From the NCBI GenBank assembly GCA_020060385.1, contig JAGVAH010000151.1:17474-81473 (forward strand): a stretch of 64,000 bases of DNA. Direction: 5' to 3'. The position numbers and the translations under genes were made by a program. The notes below the pieces were generated by a model. It was not told where the DNA came from. It worked only from the letters and a program-made list of their open reading frames with translations, and did not search any database. This document shows positions 28,188 to 38,000 of the stretch, piece by piece (position 1 is the stretch's first letter; each line of letters opens with the position of its first letter). The DNA comes from Syntrophobacterales bacterium (lineage in GTDB: Bacteria; Desulfobacterota; Desulfobaccia; Desulfobaccales; 0-14-0-80-60-11).

Positions 28188-28234
28188 TGGTCGGGACGAG
28201 AGGATTTGAACCTCCGACCCCCTGAACCCCATTC
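28188..28234. repeat. att direct repeat: 47-bp copy of the 3' part of tRNA-Pro(GGG)
   Basis: Exact identity with 48495-48541 (tggtcgggacgagaggatttgaacctccgaccccctgaaccccattc). Sequence diverges immediately outside both copies. Confidence 0.9.
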
Positions 28235-28402
28235 CGTTTCATTGCCTTTTTCTTATTTTTCCCGCCTTGAGAAAAATCTTGACATTTCCTGTAAAATAAG
28301 CAAATTAAAATCATAGATTTTGTGATGGTTTTACCCACTTAGAGATAGATTATCTTTTTATCACCCACACTACACCCACACCGAAAAAGAGGAGCTTTGA
28401 CA

Positions 28403-29587
28403 ATGGCTATTAATATCTTCTGTCCTGCCTGCAAGAGAAATTGCGGCTTGAAGGCTGAGGTTTGTAAGTGCGGGAACATATTTGGACGGAAAAAGCAGTA
28501 CCGGGTGCAGGTGTACCAGAATGGAAGGCCCGTTTATGATAAGGTGTTCCCTAACCTCGCACGGGCCGAAAAAGCTGAGACCATCAAGAAAGCAGAGCTT
28601 GAAACGAACGAGCTTGGCATTAAAGAGAAGCCGAAACCGGCCCCCACCTTGACAGAGGTTTGGCTCAAATACCAGGTTTGGGCCAAGGGGAATAAGAAAA
28701 CCTGGGATGATGACATGCTGAACTACGGGAAGCACCTGGCCCCCCGGTTTGGCAAGAAGCGCCTGGATGCCATCTCTGCCATGGAGGTGAACCGTTTAAA
28801 GCTGGAAATGGCCAAGGGGAAAACCAAAGACGGTGCCCCATACTTGAGCAAACGGGGGAAGCTCTTTTCCGCCAGTACTATCAAGCATCAACTGGTGCTG
28901 CTTCAAAGGCTCTATAAGTTTGCCCAAGGCCCCGACTTCAAGTACAAGGGGAGCACCCCATTCGACCATAAGCAGGTGGTAATGCCCCACCTGGATAACG
29001 AACTGCCAAGATTTCTAGCCGGTGACCAGTTGGCGGCCCTGTGGGGTGCCCTGGATGCTTGGCCGGAGAAGGTGACAGTGGGCTTTATCAAGTTCGCTTT
29101 GCTTACCGGGGTGCGCCGGGGCACATTATTTACTATCCGATGGGCGGACGTAGATTTTGAAAGAAGCATGGTGACCCTGACCATCTCTCACCGGCGGAAG
29201 GGGACCGAAACAGTTGCCAAGAAAGTTTGCCCGGAAGCGCTTGAAGCGCTTAGAGACCTGCCCCGGATTTCGGAGTATGTTTTCCCGGGCAAAGGTGGAG
29301 GGCAAAGGACAGATTTCAAAGGCCCCTGGCGGCGGATTAGGAAGGTGGCGGGGTTGCCAGACAGCATCCGCTTTCACGACCTAAGGCATACCTTTGGGAG
29401 CTATCACGCCATGAACGGGACTACCCCGCAAGTCCTGCAACAGTTGATGAACCATCGGGACTTCAGGACTACCCTGAAGTATGCCCACCTGTCCCCCGGC
29501 GTGGTTAACGAAAGGGCGGCCCGGACTGGCGAGATGTTGGCCCCAAAGAAGACAGAAGGCAAGGTTATCAATTTGACGGAAGATTGA
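28403..29587 (+). CDS. int: tyrosine recombinase / phage-type integrase
   Basis: SD agaggag. Arg-I GVRRGTLFTIRWADVD; HDLRHTFGS; NHRDFRTTLKYAHL (catalytic Tyr). N-terminal Cys-rich segment CPACKRNC..CKCG. Confidence 0.9.
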   Translation: MAINIFCPACKRNCGLKAEVCKCGNIFGRKKQYRVQVYQNGRPVYDKVFPNLARAEKAETIKKAELETNELGIKEKPKPAPTLTEVWLKYQVWAKGNKKTWDDDMLNYGKHLAPRFGKKRLDAISAMEVNRLKLEMAKGKTKDGAPYLSKRGKLFSASTIKHQLVLLQRLYKFAQGPDFKYKGSTPFDHKQVVMPHLDNELPRFLAGDQLAALWGALDAWPEKVTVGFIKFALLTGVRRGTLFTIRWADVDFERSMVTLTISHRRKGTETVAKKVCPEALEALRDLPRISEYVFPGKGGGQRTDFKGPWRRIRKVAGLPDSIRFHDLRHTFGSYHAMNGTTPQVLQQLMNHRDFRTTLKYAHLSPGVVNERAARTGEMLAPKKTEGKVINLTED

Positions 29588-29712
29588 GCGGCTATCAGGC
29601 CCTGATGTTAAACACAAGGATTTCCGGGGATAGGGTCGCTCCCGACAAGACGGTAATCCAGGCCGTCTTCCCCGGATTCACCCCCAGGAGCAACCGCGAC
29701 AGGAGGCGGAAT

Positions 29713-30432
29713 ATGGGTACTGTAGATCTCAAGCCAGAGGCGCTTGAAGCCACTCGGCTTTTCAATCAATACTGTCATCCTGAACACCCTCATTGGAAAA
29801 ACAAGCATAGAAAACAGGCCACCCTTGCCATGCTTGGGTCAGGAATCTTCGGAGATAACGAATTAAAGGGGCACGCTAAACACAAGACTACTTATCGAAT
29901 AGAAGTAAAGAATTTGATTTATGAACTGGTAAATGTTTACTGCGGCCATTCCTATATTCCCTCAACCTCTTATGTGAAAGAGGATATTCTCCGTGAATTT
30001 GGCCATCATTTTGCTTATGTTATTGCAATAGCACGGCTTGCTAGCATCAGAAAAGATGCGGTTGAAACTGTGGTTAAAGATTATGGGGATACTTGGGGTA
30101 AAAAAATATCTAATGCGGCTGATAAGGGTAAAATACCTACCAACTGGCGGAACCTTATAGAGGCAGAGGTGTTCTATGGTCAGCGCTATCAAACCCCCAA
30201 AATGGCTCACGAGTTTGCCGACATTTTTCTCTCATATTGTCCGTCTGCTCCACCTAACAGAATTGCCGGTTGGGTGATTGCCATGTTTAAATCTCTTGGG
30301 CTGGACTCTCCCGGCAAGACTAGTCTAAGCGATTACATTAAAAAGCGACAAAAAGAGGAACAGGAAAATATAATAGCCGCTGGAGAGGATATTAACAACT
30401 ATCAGAAAAAGGGAATTCAGATTCGATACTGA
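29713..30432 (+). CDS. hypothetical protein (AT-rich island gene)
   Basis: Long ORF open from 29584; the ATG at 29713 is preferred. No recognisable motif. Confidence 0.5.
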   Translation: MGTVDLKPEALEATRLFNQYCHPEHPHWKNKHRKQATLAMLGSGIFGDNELKGHAKHKTTYRIEVKNLIYELVNVYCGHSYIPSTSYVKEDILREFGHHFAYVIAIARLASIRKDAVETVVKDYGDTWGKKISNAADKGKIPTNWRNLIEAEVFYGQRYQTPKMAHEFADIFLSYCPSAPPNRIAGWVIAMFKSLGLDSPGKTSLSDYIKKRQKEEQENIIAAGEDINNYQKKGIQIRY

Positions 30433-30680
30433 TTACGTCCCCGCATAATCCCTCCATACCCGTCCGTTTACTTCCCGAAATTGCCCCCAGAAATGGGGGG
30501 TTCTTGTCTTAAAACCAGCAAATAAAACTTACATGCCGGAATATCGGTAAATAATGCCTATTTTGATGTTAATTTCTGGTAAGTAAATTAAGTCTTATTA
30601 CTTTGATTTCTTGTTAATTTTTATTATCATTATTTCACTATTGTGATGGTATGCTAAATTCAACTACGGAGGACGCTTAG

Positions 30681-30881
30681 GTGAGCAAGAATTTTGATTT
30701 AATTCGTGTCTGTAAAATTACACCTGAAGATGGCCTGCCCTACGGAAAGTCCTGTTTTTATAAATGGGCGCACTTAGGCAAACACCGTGAAATTTTTGTC
30801 CGATTCGGCGGCGGCCTCTTTATAGACCGGATCGCGCTAGAGCGGGCAATGGAAGCAGGCCGTTTGCTGGGGGAAAGATAA
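30681..30881 (+). CDS. small DNA-binding protein, excisionase/AlpA-like (MerR-type HTH)
   Basis: GTG start after acggagga. 66 aa with the pattern ..SCFYKWAHLGKHREIFVRFGGGLFIDRIALERAM.. typical of Xis/AlpA-size regulators. Position between int and the replication gene. Confidence 0.55.
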   Translation: MSKNFDLIRVCKITPEDGLPYGKSCFYKWAHLGKHREIFVRFGGGLFIDRIALERAMEAGRLLGER

Positions 30882-31025
30882 TGAACCGCCGTCCAGTAAC
30901 AGGCTCCGGAGCTTGCCGGCGGACCGGGGCGGCAAGGGTATGTCGGGGATCGAATTATATTGATAAAAGCCATTTCTTCCCCGGAAAACTAGTATTTTCA
31001 TGGCCTCTCAACCTGGAGGTGCGCC

Positions 31026-33707
31026 ATGGATAATCCTATCCTGCAAGCGGCCCTTGATTACCGGGCAGCCGGAATTTCCGTGATTCCTGTTTCTCCGACA
31101 ACCAAGAAGCCGAAGGTCAAATGGTCCGGCTACCAAGACCCCGAGAAGCTCCCGGATGAGGCCGAATTTCGGACGATGTTTAATCGCGCTAATGCCCTGG
31201 CTGCTATTTGTGGCCAGGTTTCCGGGAACCTGGAGGCGCTTGATTTCGACTTTCAGGCCGAACTATTCGAGCCGTGGCGTGAACTTGTGAACCATGAAGC
31301 ACCGGGACTCGTGGAGCGGCTTCCTTTGCAGAAGTCCCAACATGACGGGCGGCACATCGGCTTTCGCTGTCCTGGGATGAAAATTTCTGGCAACAAGAAA
31401 TTGGCGCAAAAGGGGGTTGACGTTACTGACCAAGTCTTGGCCGGGTTGACGGAACTAGGGGTTGACCCGACCGACGCTCCGGCAGTCAAAAAGGCATTGG
31501 TGGGGATGCGGGTTAAGGCTGGCGGAAAAGATGCAGCGCCTATTCCCCACCATGGCGGATTTGTCGCCGTCATCACGCTTGTCGAAACCCGTGGAGAAGG
31601 CGGCTATCTGCTGGTGGACCCTTCTCCCGGCTATAAGTGGCTCCGGGGAAGTCCTAAACGTGATATCCCCGAAGTCACCCCGGAAGAGCGGGAAGTGATG
31701 ATAAGGGCGGCCATGGCTCTCAACGAATGGGTAAACCCCAATGAGGTTGAAGGGCTGGGGTGGAACCTCCCTAAGGAAGCCCGGCGACCCGGCGATGACT
31801 ACAACGGACGCGGCCCTGTGGCGGAAATCTTGGAAAAACACGGCTGGCAGCCGGTGGGAGCCAGAGGGCTTTATCAGCATTACCGGCGTCCTGGCAAGGA
31901 CCGCGGACAGTCTGCCTCACTGATTGATGAGAAATGGTTCCGCGTTTTTAGCTCCAATGCCTATCCGTTTGAAGCCGAAACCACCTATTCTCCGTTCGGT
32001 GTCTATGTCCTCTTGGAACATGATGGAGATTTCGTCAAGGCTGCTGGGGAATTGGCGAAGCAGGGTTATGGTGAGCGTCAGAAGAAGCAAAAAGAGCAGG
32101 CAGAACAAAAACCTTCTCAGCAAGATATATTGCTCACCATTGCGGCGGCGGTTGAGTTGTTTCATACCCCAGACGAAGATGTATATGGAATCATTACCAT
32201 CAATGAACATCGGGAGACCTGGGCAATCCGCTCTAAAGGGTTCCGGCGCTATCTGGCTCATGAATTTTATAAGATAGAGGGCAAAGGCCCCCAGGCTGAG
32301 GCCCTGTCCTCTGCCCTGCAAGTCTTGGAGGCCCGGGCGCAGTTTGACGGCCCGGAGCGCCCGGTGTGGGTGCGCGTGGCAGAGCATGAAGGCGCAATCT
32401 ACCTGGACTTGGGGAATGATTCATGCGAGGCGGTGAAGATAACCCCGAACGACTGGGAATTGGTGTCAGACCCACCGGTATGTTTCCGCCGGACCCGTAG
32501 TATGACGGCCCTCCCCTACCCTGTGAGGGGCGGCAATGTCATGGAACTCAGGCAATTCCTGAACATCGCCTCCGATGCTGATTTCATTCTCCTGGTGGCT
32601 TTTCTCATAAGCGCTCTACGCCCCCGCGGCCCCTACCCGATATCGGTTCTCAATGGTGAGCAGGGGAGCGCCAAATCCACCACGGCCCGGTGCCTGGGTA
32701 ACCTCATAGACCCCAGCACCTCCCCTCTCCGTTCCACTCCCCGTGATGTGCGAGACCTGATGATTGCGGCCACAAATTCGTGGGTTTTGGGCTTCGACAA
32801 CCTCTCCGGCGTGAGTGACTGGCTTTCCGATGCTTTTTGTCGCCTCTCCACTGGCGGCGGATTCAGCACCCGTGAACTCTATACCGATAGGGAGGAAGTC
32901 ATCTTTGAGGCCACCCGTCCCATAATCCTGAACGGGATAGACGCCCTAACCAACCGGCAAGACCTGGCTGACCGGAGCTTGATTTTCAACTTGCCACAGA
33001 TTGAAAAAAAGAAGAGACGGAGCGAAAAGGAATTTTGGAAGGAGTTTGGGGAGGCCCGCCCCCGAATCCTTGGGGCATTGCTGGCCACGGTGAGCATGGC
33101 TCTCCGAAACATTGACACGGTAAAACTCCCGGACCCCCTCAGAATGGCCGACTTTTCCTTATGGGTTGCGGCGGCTGAACCGGCCCTCCCATGGCCCGCC
33201 GGTTCCTTCATGGAAGCCTATGCGCACAACCGGGCTGAAGCCGTGGAGCTATCCCTTGAAGCCGACTGTGTGGCCGTTACCATGCGGGAATTTATGGCCG
33301 ACAAAATTGAGTGGAGCGGCAAACCATCCCAGCTTTATGAAGAGCTTGAAAAGCTGGTGCCAGAGAATACCAAGCGGAGCAAGTTATGGCCCAAGGCGGC
33401 TAACAAGCTATCGAACCGGCTCACGCGGGCGGCTACCTTTCTTCGGGTTATCGGGCTTAATGTTGAAAACGGATGGTCAAAAACGGGGGAGAGGGAGATA
33501 AAGATTAGACGGGTTCCCAAGGGCAGGGAATCTACCGTGGGAACCGTGGGAACCGTGGGAAGTGAGGAAACATGCGGCTTTTCTTCCCACGATACCACAA
33601 ATGAACCGTGGGAAAGGAAAGCCGGTAATCATGCCCCTTTCCGCGATACCCACGATACCCACGATACTTTGCACACTCCGGACGGATTGGAGGAATTGGA
33701 GCTATGA
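31026..33707 (+). CDS. bifunctional primase-polymerase (PrimPol) fused to a P-loop helicase-like domain (P4 alpha / D5-like)
   Basis: N-terminus AALDYRAAGISVIPV..KKPKVKW and an acidic EALDFD motif. Walker A LNGEQGSAKST with a downstream Walker B-like VLGFDN. The C-terminal tail holds peptide repeats TVGTVGTVG / DTHDTHDT. Confidence 0.8.
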   Translation: MDNPILQAALDYRAAGISVIPVSPTTKKPKVKWSGYQDPEKLPDEAEFRTMFNRANALAAICGQVSGNLEALDFDFQAELFEPWRELVNHEAPGLVERLPLQKSQHDGRHIGFRCPGMKISGNKKLAQKGVDVTDQVLAGLTELGVDPTDAPAVKKALVGMRVKAGGKDAAPIPHHGGFVAVITLVETRGEGGYLLVDPSPGYKWLRGSPKRDIPEVTPEEREVMIRAAMALNEWVNPNEVEGLGWNLPKEARRPGDDYNGRGPVAEILEKHGWQPVGARGLYQHYRRPGKDRGQSASLIDEKWFRVFSSNAYPFEAETTYSPFGVYVLLEHDGDFVKAAGELAKQGYGERQKKQKEQAEQKPSQQDILLTIAAAVELFHTPDEDVYGIITINEHRETWAIRSKGFRRYLAHEFYKIEGKGPQAEALSSALQVLEARAQFDGPERPVWVRVAEHEGAIYLDLGNDSCEAVKITPNDWELVSDPPVCFRRTRSMTALPYPVRGGNVMELRQFLNIASDADFILLVAFLISALRPRGPYPISVLNGEQGSAKSTTARCLGNLIDPSTSPLRSTPRDVRDLMIAATNSWVLGFDNLSGVSDWLSDAFCRLSTGGGFSTRELYTDREEVIFEATRPIILNGIDALTNRQDLADRSLIFNLPQIEKKKRRSEKEFWKEFGEARPRILGALLATVSMALRNIDTVKLPDPLRMADFSLWVAAAEPALPWPAGSFMEAYAHNRAEAVELSLEADCVAVTMREFMADKIEWSGKPSQLYEELEKLVPENTKRSKLWPKAANKLSNRLTRAATFLRVIGLNVENGWSKTGEREIKIRRVPKGRESTVGTVGTVGSEETCGFSSHDTTNEPWERKAGNHAPFRDTHDTHDTLHTPDGLEELEL
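33534..33667. repeat. iteron-like cluster (ccgtgggaa direct and inverted copies; cccacgata units)
   Basis: accgtgggaaccgtgggaaccgtgggaag; cttcccacgatacc; aaccgtgggaaagg; gatacccacgatacccacgatac. All lie within 134 bp at the 3' end of the PrimPol-helicase gene. Confidence 0.7.
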
Positions 33708-34012
33708 CCCTCAACCCCGGAATCGAGGCGGTGCGTAAGCTGGCCAATATGGGCTATCGGTTCACGGTGAACGGAGAGAGCATCAAGGGAAAGTACTTCG
33801 GCCCCGACAAGCCGGACCCTGCCGTGGTGTCTCCCCTGCTGCAAGTGGCCCGCCAGCATCGGGGGGATGTGCTGGCCTTTCTTTCTTGCTTCTGCCCCCG
33901 CTGCGGTGGCGTGGCTTCCTGCCCGGACTACGAGGGGAGGCCCGTGTGTTTGGCCTGTGATTGGACGGAACTAAGCCGGCTGTACCCCGGCTTGGCAGAA
34001 GTGAAGAATTGA
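33704..34012 (+). CDS. hypothetical Cys-rich (zinc-ribbon-like) protein
   Basis: ATGA overlap with the upstream stop. CFCPRCGG..CPDYEGRPVCLAC. Confidence 0.55.
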   Translation: MTLNPGIEAVRKLANMGYRFTVNGESIKGKYFGPDKPDPAVVSPLLQVARQHRGDVLAFLSCFCPRCGGVASCPDYEGRPVCLACDWTELSRLYPGLAEVKN

Positions 34013-34039
34013 CCTGGAAACGGTCTCGGTGGAGGTGCC

Positions 34040-34330
34040 ATGAGCAACCGCAGATTTACTCCGAAGCAACTGCGATTTTTAGAACTCTTTTTTTCCGGCT
34101 TCATGATGAAAGACGCTGCCCGCGGTGCGGGCTACCAGGGGCGAAGCGACCAAAGCCTTTGCAATCTGGGGCTGAGGATTCTGCGTAAATTTGTCGGAGA
34201 CCCAAAGACGGTTTTTAGGCGTCGGCCCGGGGCTATTCGTGGAAAGAACATCAGTCAGATGCTCGAAGGCTCCCCAAAAGAGCAACTCGCGGCCCTGAAA
34301 ATCATATCGACATTTGTCGACAGGAGGTGA
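34040..34330 (+). CDS. small HTH protein resembling the N-terminal DNA-binding domain of terminase small subunits
   Basis: FTPKQLRFLELFFSGFMMKDAARGAGY follows the LTPKQ..F....n..AA..AGYS pattern of Terminase_2 N-termini. At 96 aa it is shorter than a full TerS. Confidence 0.45.
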   Translation: MSNRRFTPKQLRFLELFFSGFMMKDAARGAGYQGRSDQSLCNLGLRILRKFVGDPKTVFRRRPGAIRGKNISQMLEGSPKEQLAALKIISTFVDRR

Positions 34331-34641
34331 CCACCGTGGCCCGGGGACTTTCAAGCCTTCAACGTGAAATTTTATGTCTCGCCTCGGAAAAAAGATTTGT
34401 TACATACAAAGAGATGATCGAAGAATTCTGGGGCTTGCAGGACCGGGACGGGAGGTCCAAAGAGCGCACCTATGATGCGGCTCACGCAAGCCTAAGCCGC
34501 TCTGTCAGCCGATTATGGGCACGTAACTTGGTCGATGTCTGGAAAGGTGTAACCGGTTGGGGGACAGGGGTAACTCTGACGGGCGATGGCGAGGAATTTG
34601 TTTTGGCCATTTCCGCGGAAGAGGAATTAATGGATAAGTAG
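34327..34641 (+). CDS. hypothetical protein, possible winged-helix
   Basis: GTGA overlap with the upstream stop. LSSLQREILCLASEKRFVTYKEMIEEF. Confidence 0.45.
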   Translation: MTTVARGLSSLQREILCLASEKRFVTYKEMIEEFWGLQDRDGRSKERTYDAAHASLSRSVSRLWARNLVDVWKGVTGWGTGVTLTGDGEEFVLAISAEEELMDK

Positions 34642-35028
34642 GGCTATATTGGTGGAAAATTCCTGCATAATTGCAGCATAAAAATTTATTAATCATGTTT
34701 ATACAGTGATATAAATGAGTTAATAATTTTTCATTCAATAAAGTAAAAGAATTTTCTGGACTCCAGGTCCGTACCCTGAATGTTTATTCACCCATTTTCT
34801 CCATATCCCCTCCCAAAACATAGATTACTTAAAGATATAGTGTTTTCACTAAGGTAACCTCTATCCGCCCATTTTTTCTCTGTGACTGCTCCCGGTTAAG
34901 TGATTCTGCTCAGTTTTCATTTCTCCGGAAGTGGCCCTCTTGAAATTTGTTTCAGCAGTACAATTTGCAGCCCTTGCTCCGCAAGAAAGTATTAACCAAT
35001 AAATTCTTAGTCATGGCATAATGTTGCC

Positions 35029-38000
35029 ATGGATGAAGCCAAGCTGATCCAGGCCAGAGACGCCCTCACTCGCTACTGCCTAAGCATCCGGCAAATCCGC
35101 CAGGACCCCGGCCACCATCCCGAAACCTCCCTTTACACCCCTTTGGAAAACCTGTTGCGGGAACTGGCCGCCATCCTAGATACCAAAATTACCGTCATCC
35201 AGCAGTATTCCACTGGAGAGATCGGCGCTCCGGATTTCTGCATCAAGCCTGCCGGAAAGTCCTTGGCTTTCTCGGAAGCCAAGGAGCCCGATAAACACCT
35301 GGATAACTTGCGGGGCCGGGACCGGGAACAACTGGAGAAATACCGGGAGTTGCCCAACCTGCTATACACTAACTTCTGGGACTTGAAACTCTTTCAGGAA
35401 AAGAGCGAAGTGCAGCAGGCGGTCCTTCTGCCCCGGGAATGCCTGGACCCCGGGATTCCTTATACCGCCCGGCTTGCGTCCCATGATCCTGGCCCTGCTT
35501 TGGATCTGTTGGCCCGGTTCTTTACTTACTCCCTCCCCTACATCACTAAGCCGGCCCAACTCTGCCAGCACCTAGCCCGGGCCGCCCGCCTGGTCAGGGG
35601 CGCGGTGGAAGAGGCCATGGAGATCGCGCCCCCCGACTCTCCTCTGGGCCAGATTTACTCCGAGTTTCGGGATATCCTGTTCTTCGAGTTGGACCAAAAG
35701 GAATTTGCCGACGCCTACGCCCAGACCCTGGCCTATGGCTTATTGCTGGCTAGGCAGGCGGCCACCGGCCAGACCCTGGCCCTGGCCACGGCCCACACCT
35801 TCATCAGTCCGGAAAGACATCGCCTCCTCGCCGCCACCCTGAACCTCCTGGCCCAGCCGCCGGTCACCGCTATGGTGGGCTGGAGCTTGGCCTCCCTGGT
35901 GGAACTGGTGAACCAGGTGGACCCCGGAGTGCTGGCCTACGAGGACCCGGCCCATGACCCCTTGCTCTATTTCTATGAAGACTTCCTGGCCGAATATGAC
36001 CCGGAACTGCGGCGTAAGCGGGGCAGCTATTACACGCCCCCGCCGGTGGTGAACTTCCAGACCAGGGTGATCAACCGCCTGCTGGTGGATCGTTTTCAAC
36101 GGCGCTACGGCCTGGCCGATGCAGGTATTGAGATTCTTGATCCCGCAGTGGGTACCGGCACTTATCTGGTTTCCGCCCTGGGGGAAGGCTGCCAGCATAT
36201 GCGCCGGGCCATGGGCGAAGCCGCGGTGCCCCAGGCCGCCACCCACCTGGGCAACCACCTTCATGGCTTTGAAATCCAGGTGGGGCCGTATGCCGTGGCC
36301 CATTACCGTCTGGCCACCGCGGTGCAAGAATATGGCGGCCATATCTCCGGGCGCCTGCCCATATATTTAACCGATACCCTCTTGCCCTCTTATGGCCAGC
36401 CCCAGGTCACCCCCCACTTCGGTTTCATGTCTGCGCCCATCACCGAGGAGCGTCAGGGTGCGGACCGGGTCAAGGCGGAGATCCCCATCATGGTCATCAT
36501 TGGTAATCCCCCTTATGGCCGGGGCAAGGCCGAAACCGGCTGGGTCTGGGAAGTCCTGATGGAAGATTTTCGCAAGGAGGTGCCACCGGAATACCGCATC
36601 GATCTGAAGAACCTGGCAGAATGGTATGCTTATTTTTATCGCTGGGCCATGTGGAAGCTCTTTGAACAGGAGGCGGCCCCCAATCGGGGTATCTTGAGCT
36701 TCATCACCAATTCCCGCTGGCTCATTGGCGGGGCCTTCGGGGGCATGCGCCAGATGTTCCGGCGCTACTTCGACCGGATTTATATCCTGGACCTGCACGG
36801 TGACGGCCGGGCCCCTTTACCCGCGGGGGTGGAGGTAGACCAGAACGTCTTTGACATCCAGGTGGGGGTGGCCATCGCCGTGTGTGTCGCCGACGGCTCC
36901 CGAGGCGAGGCGGAGGCGGAAGTTTATTATACCGACGAGTGGGGCAGCAGGACCTCGAAGGAGGAATGGCTCAACCAGTTCCCCGAAAACCTGCCCCTGG
37001 ATTGGTTTGAGGTGGTTTCCGGAAGTGGCCTGGACCCTTTCTATCCGAGTATGGAAGTGAATTTTACCACTTGGCCCGATTTGCGTTCCATATTCATTAA
37101 AAAATTTAGTGGTGTCGAGACGAAGAGAGATAAGTTAGTAGTTGCTCCAACTAAAGATGAAATCCAAAGAAAAATTACTATTTTTCTTAATGCTCCTGAA
37201 AACCAAAAGGAAGAAATTTTCCATAATACGCGAGATAAAACTTACTACAGGGCAGCCGAAACAAGTTTTGACCCCACCTTGATTGCTCCGTATGCATATC
37301 GTCCTCTTGATAACCAATTTATATATTATCATCAATCATTTATAGACTATGATCGTAGAAATTCATTAAAACCTTGTTGGGGGTCTAATAACCTTTCTTT
37401 GGCTTCTCTTCAATATCGTCATGGGCGCGGCCCCGTAGCTTTTCTGCAATCGGTCCTTCCCAACCGTCATGTTTATGGAGGCCATGGCGGTCACATCTTT
37501 CCCCTTTGGGACAAATCCACCGGCGCTTGGAGCACCCACAACTTTCACCCCGCCTTGCTGGAAAAACTATCCACTTTTTGGGGTCAAGAGATAACCCCAG
37601 AGCAGCTTTTCGCTTACTGCTACGGGGTCCTGGCCTGGGAAGGTTATAGCCTGCGCTTTGCCCGGGAGCTGGCCCGGAGCTTTCCCCGTGTTCCCTTTCC
37701 CCGTGATCATAATCTTTTCCAGGAGGGCGCGGAGTTAGGGCAGCACCTCATCAACTGGCACAGCTTCCAGGAGCGTTACCCCGGCGACGGTTCCATCACC
37801 ATCCAGGGGCCAGCAACCACCATCGAGAAGAGCGAGTATGACCCCCCAAACCGCTGCCTCTATTTGGCAGAGGAAACCAACGCCGCTCCGGTCTCCCTGG
37901 AGGCTTGGGACTATGTGGTAAGTGGCTATGAGGTCCTGCGCCAGTGGGTGAAACGTCGCCTGGGGCTCCCCATGACCCTGGAAATCCAGAGACAGTTGCT

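Noticed and set aside
33534-33667. Possible CRISPR array, considered for the short repeat clusters here and for the heptamer arrays at 5632-5695, 12873-12945, 53471-53544 and 55641-55737.
   Set aside because: The units are 7-9 nt with no unique spacers of 25-40 nt, and the arms are complementary (hairpins). No cas genes are present.
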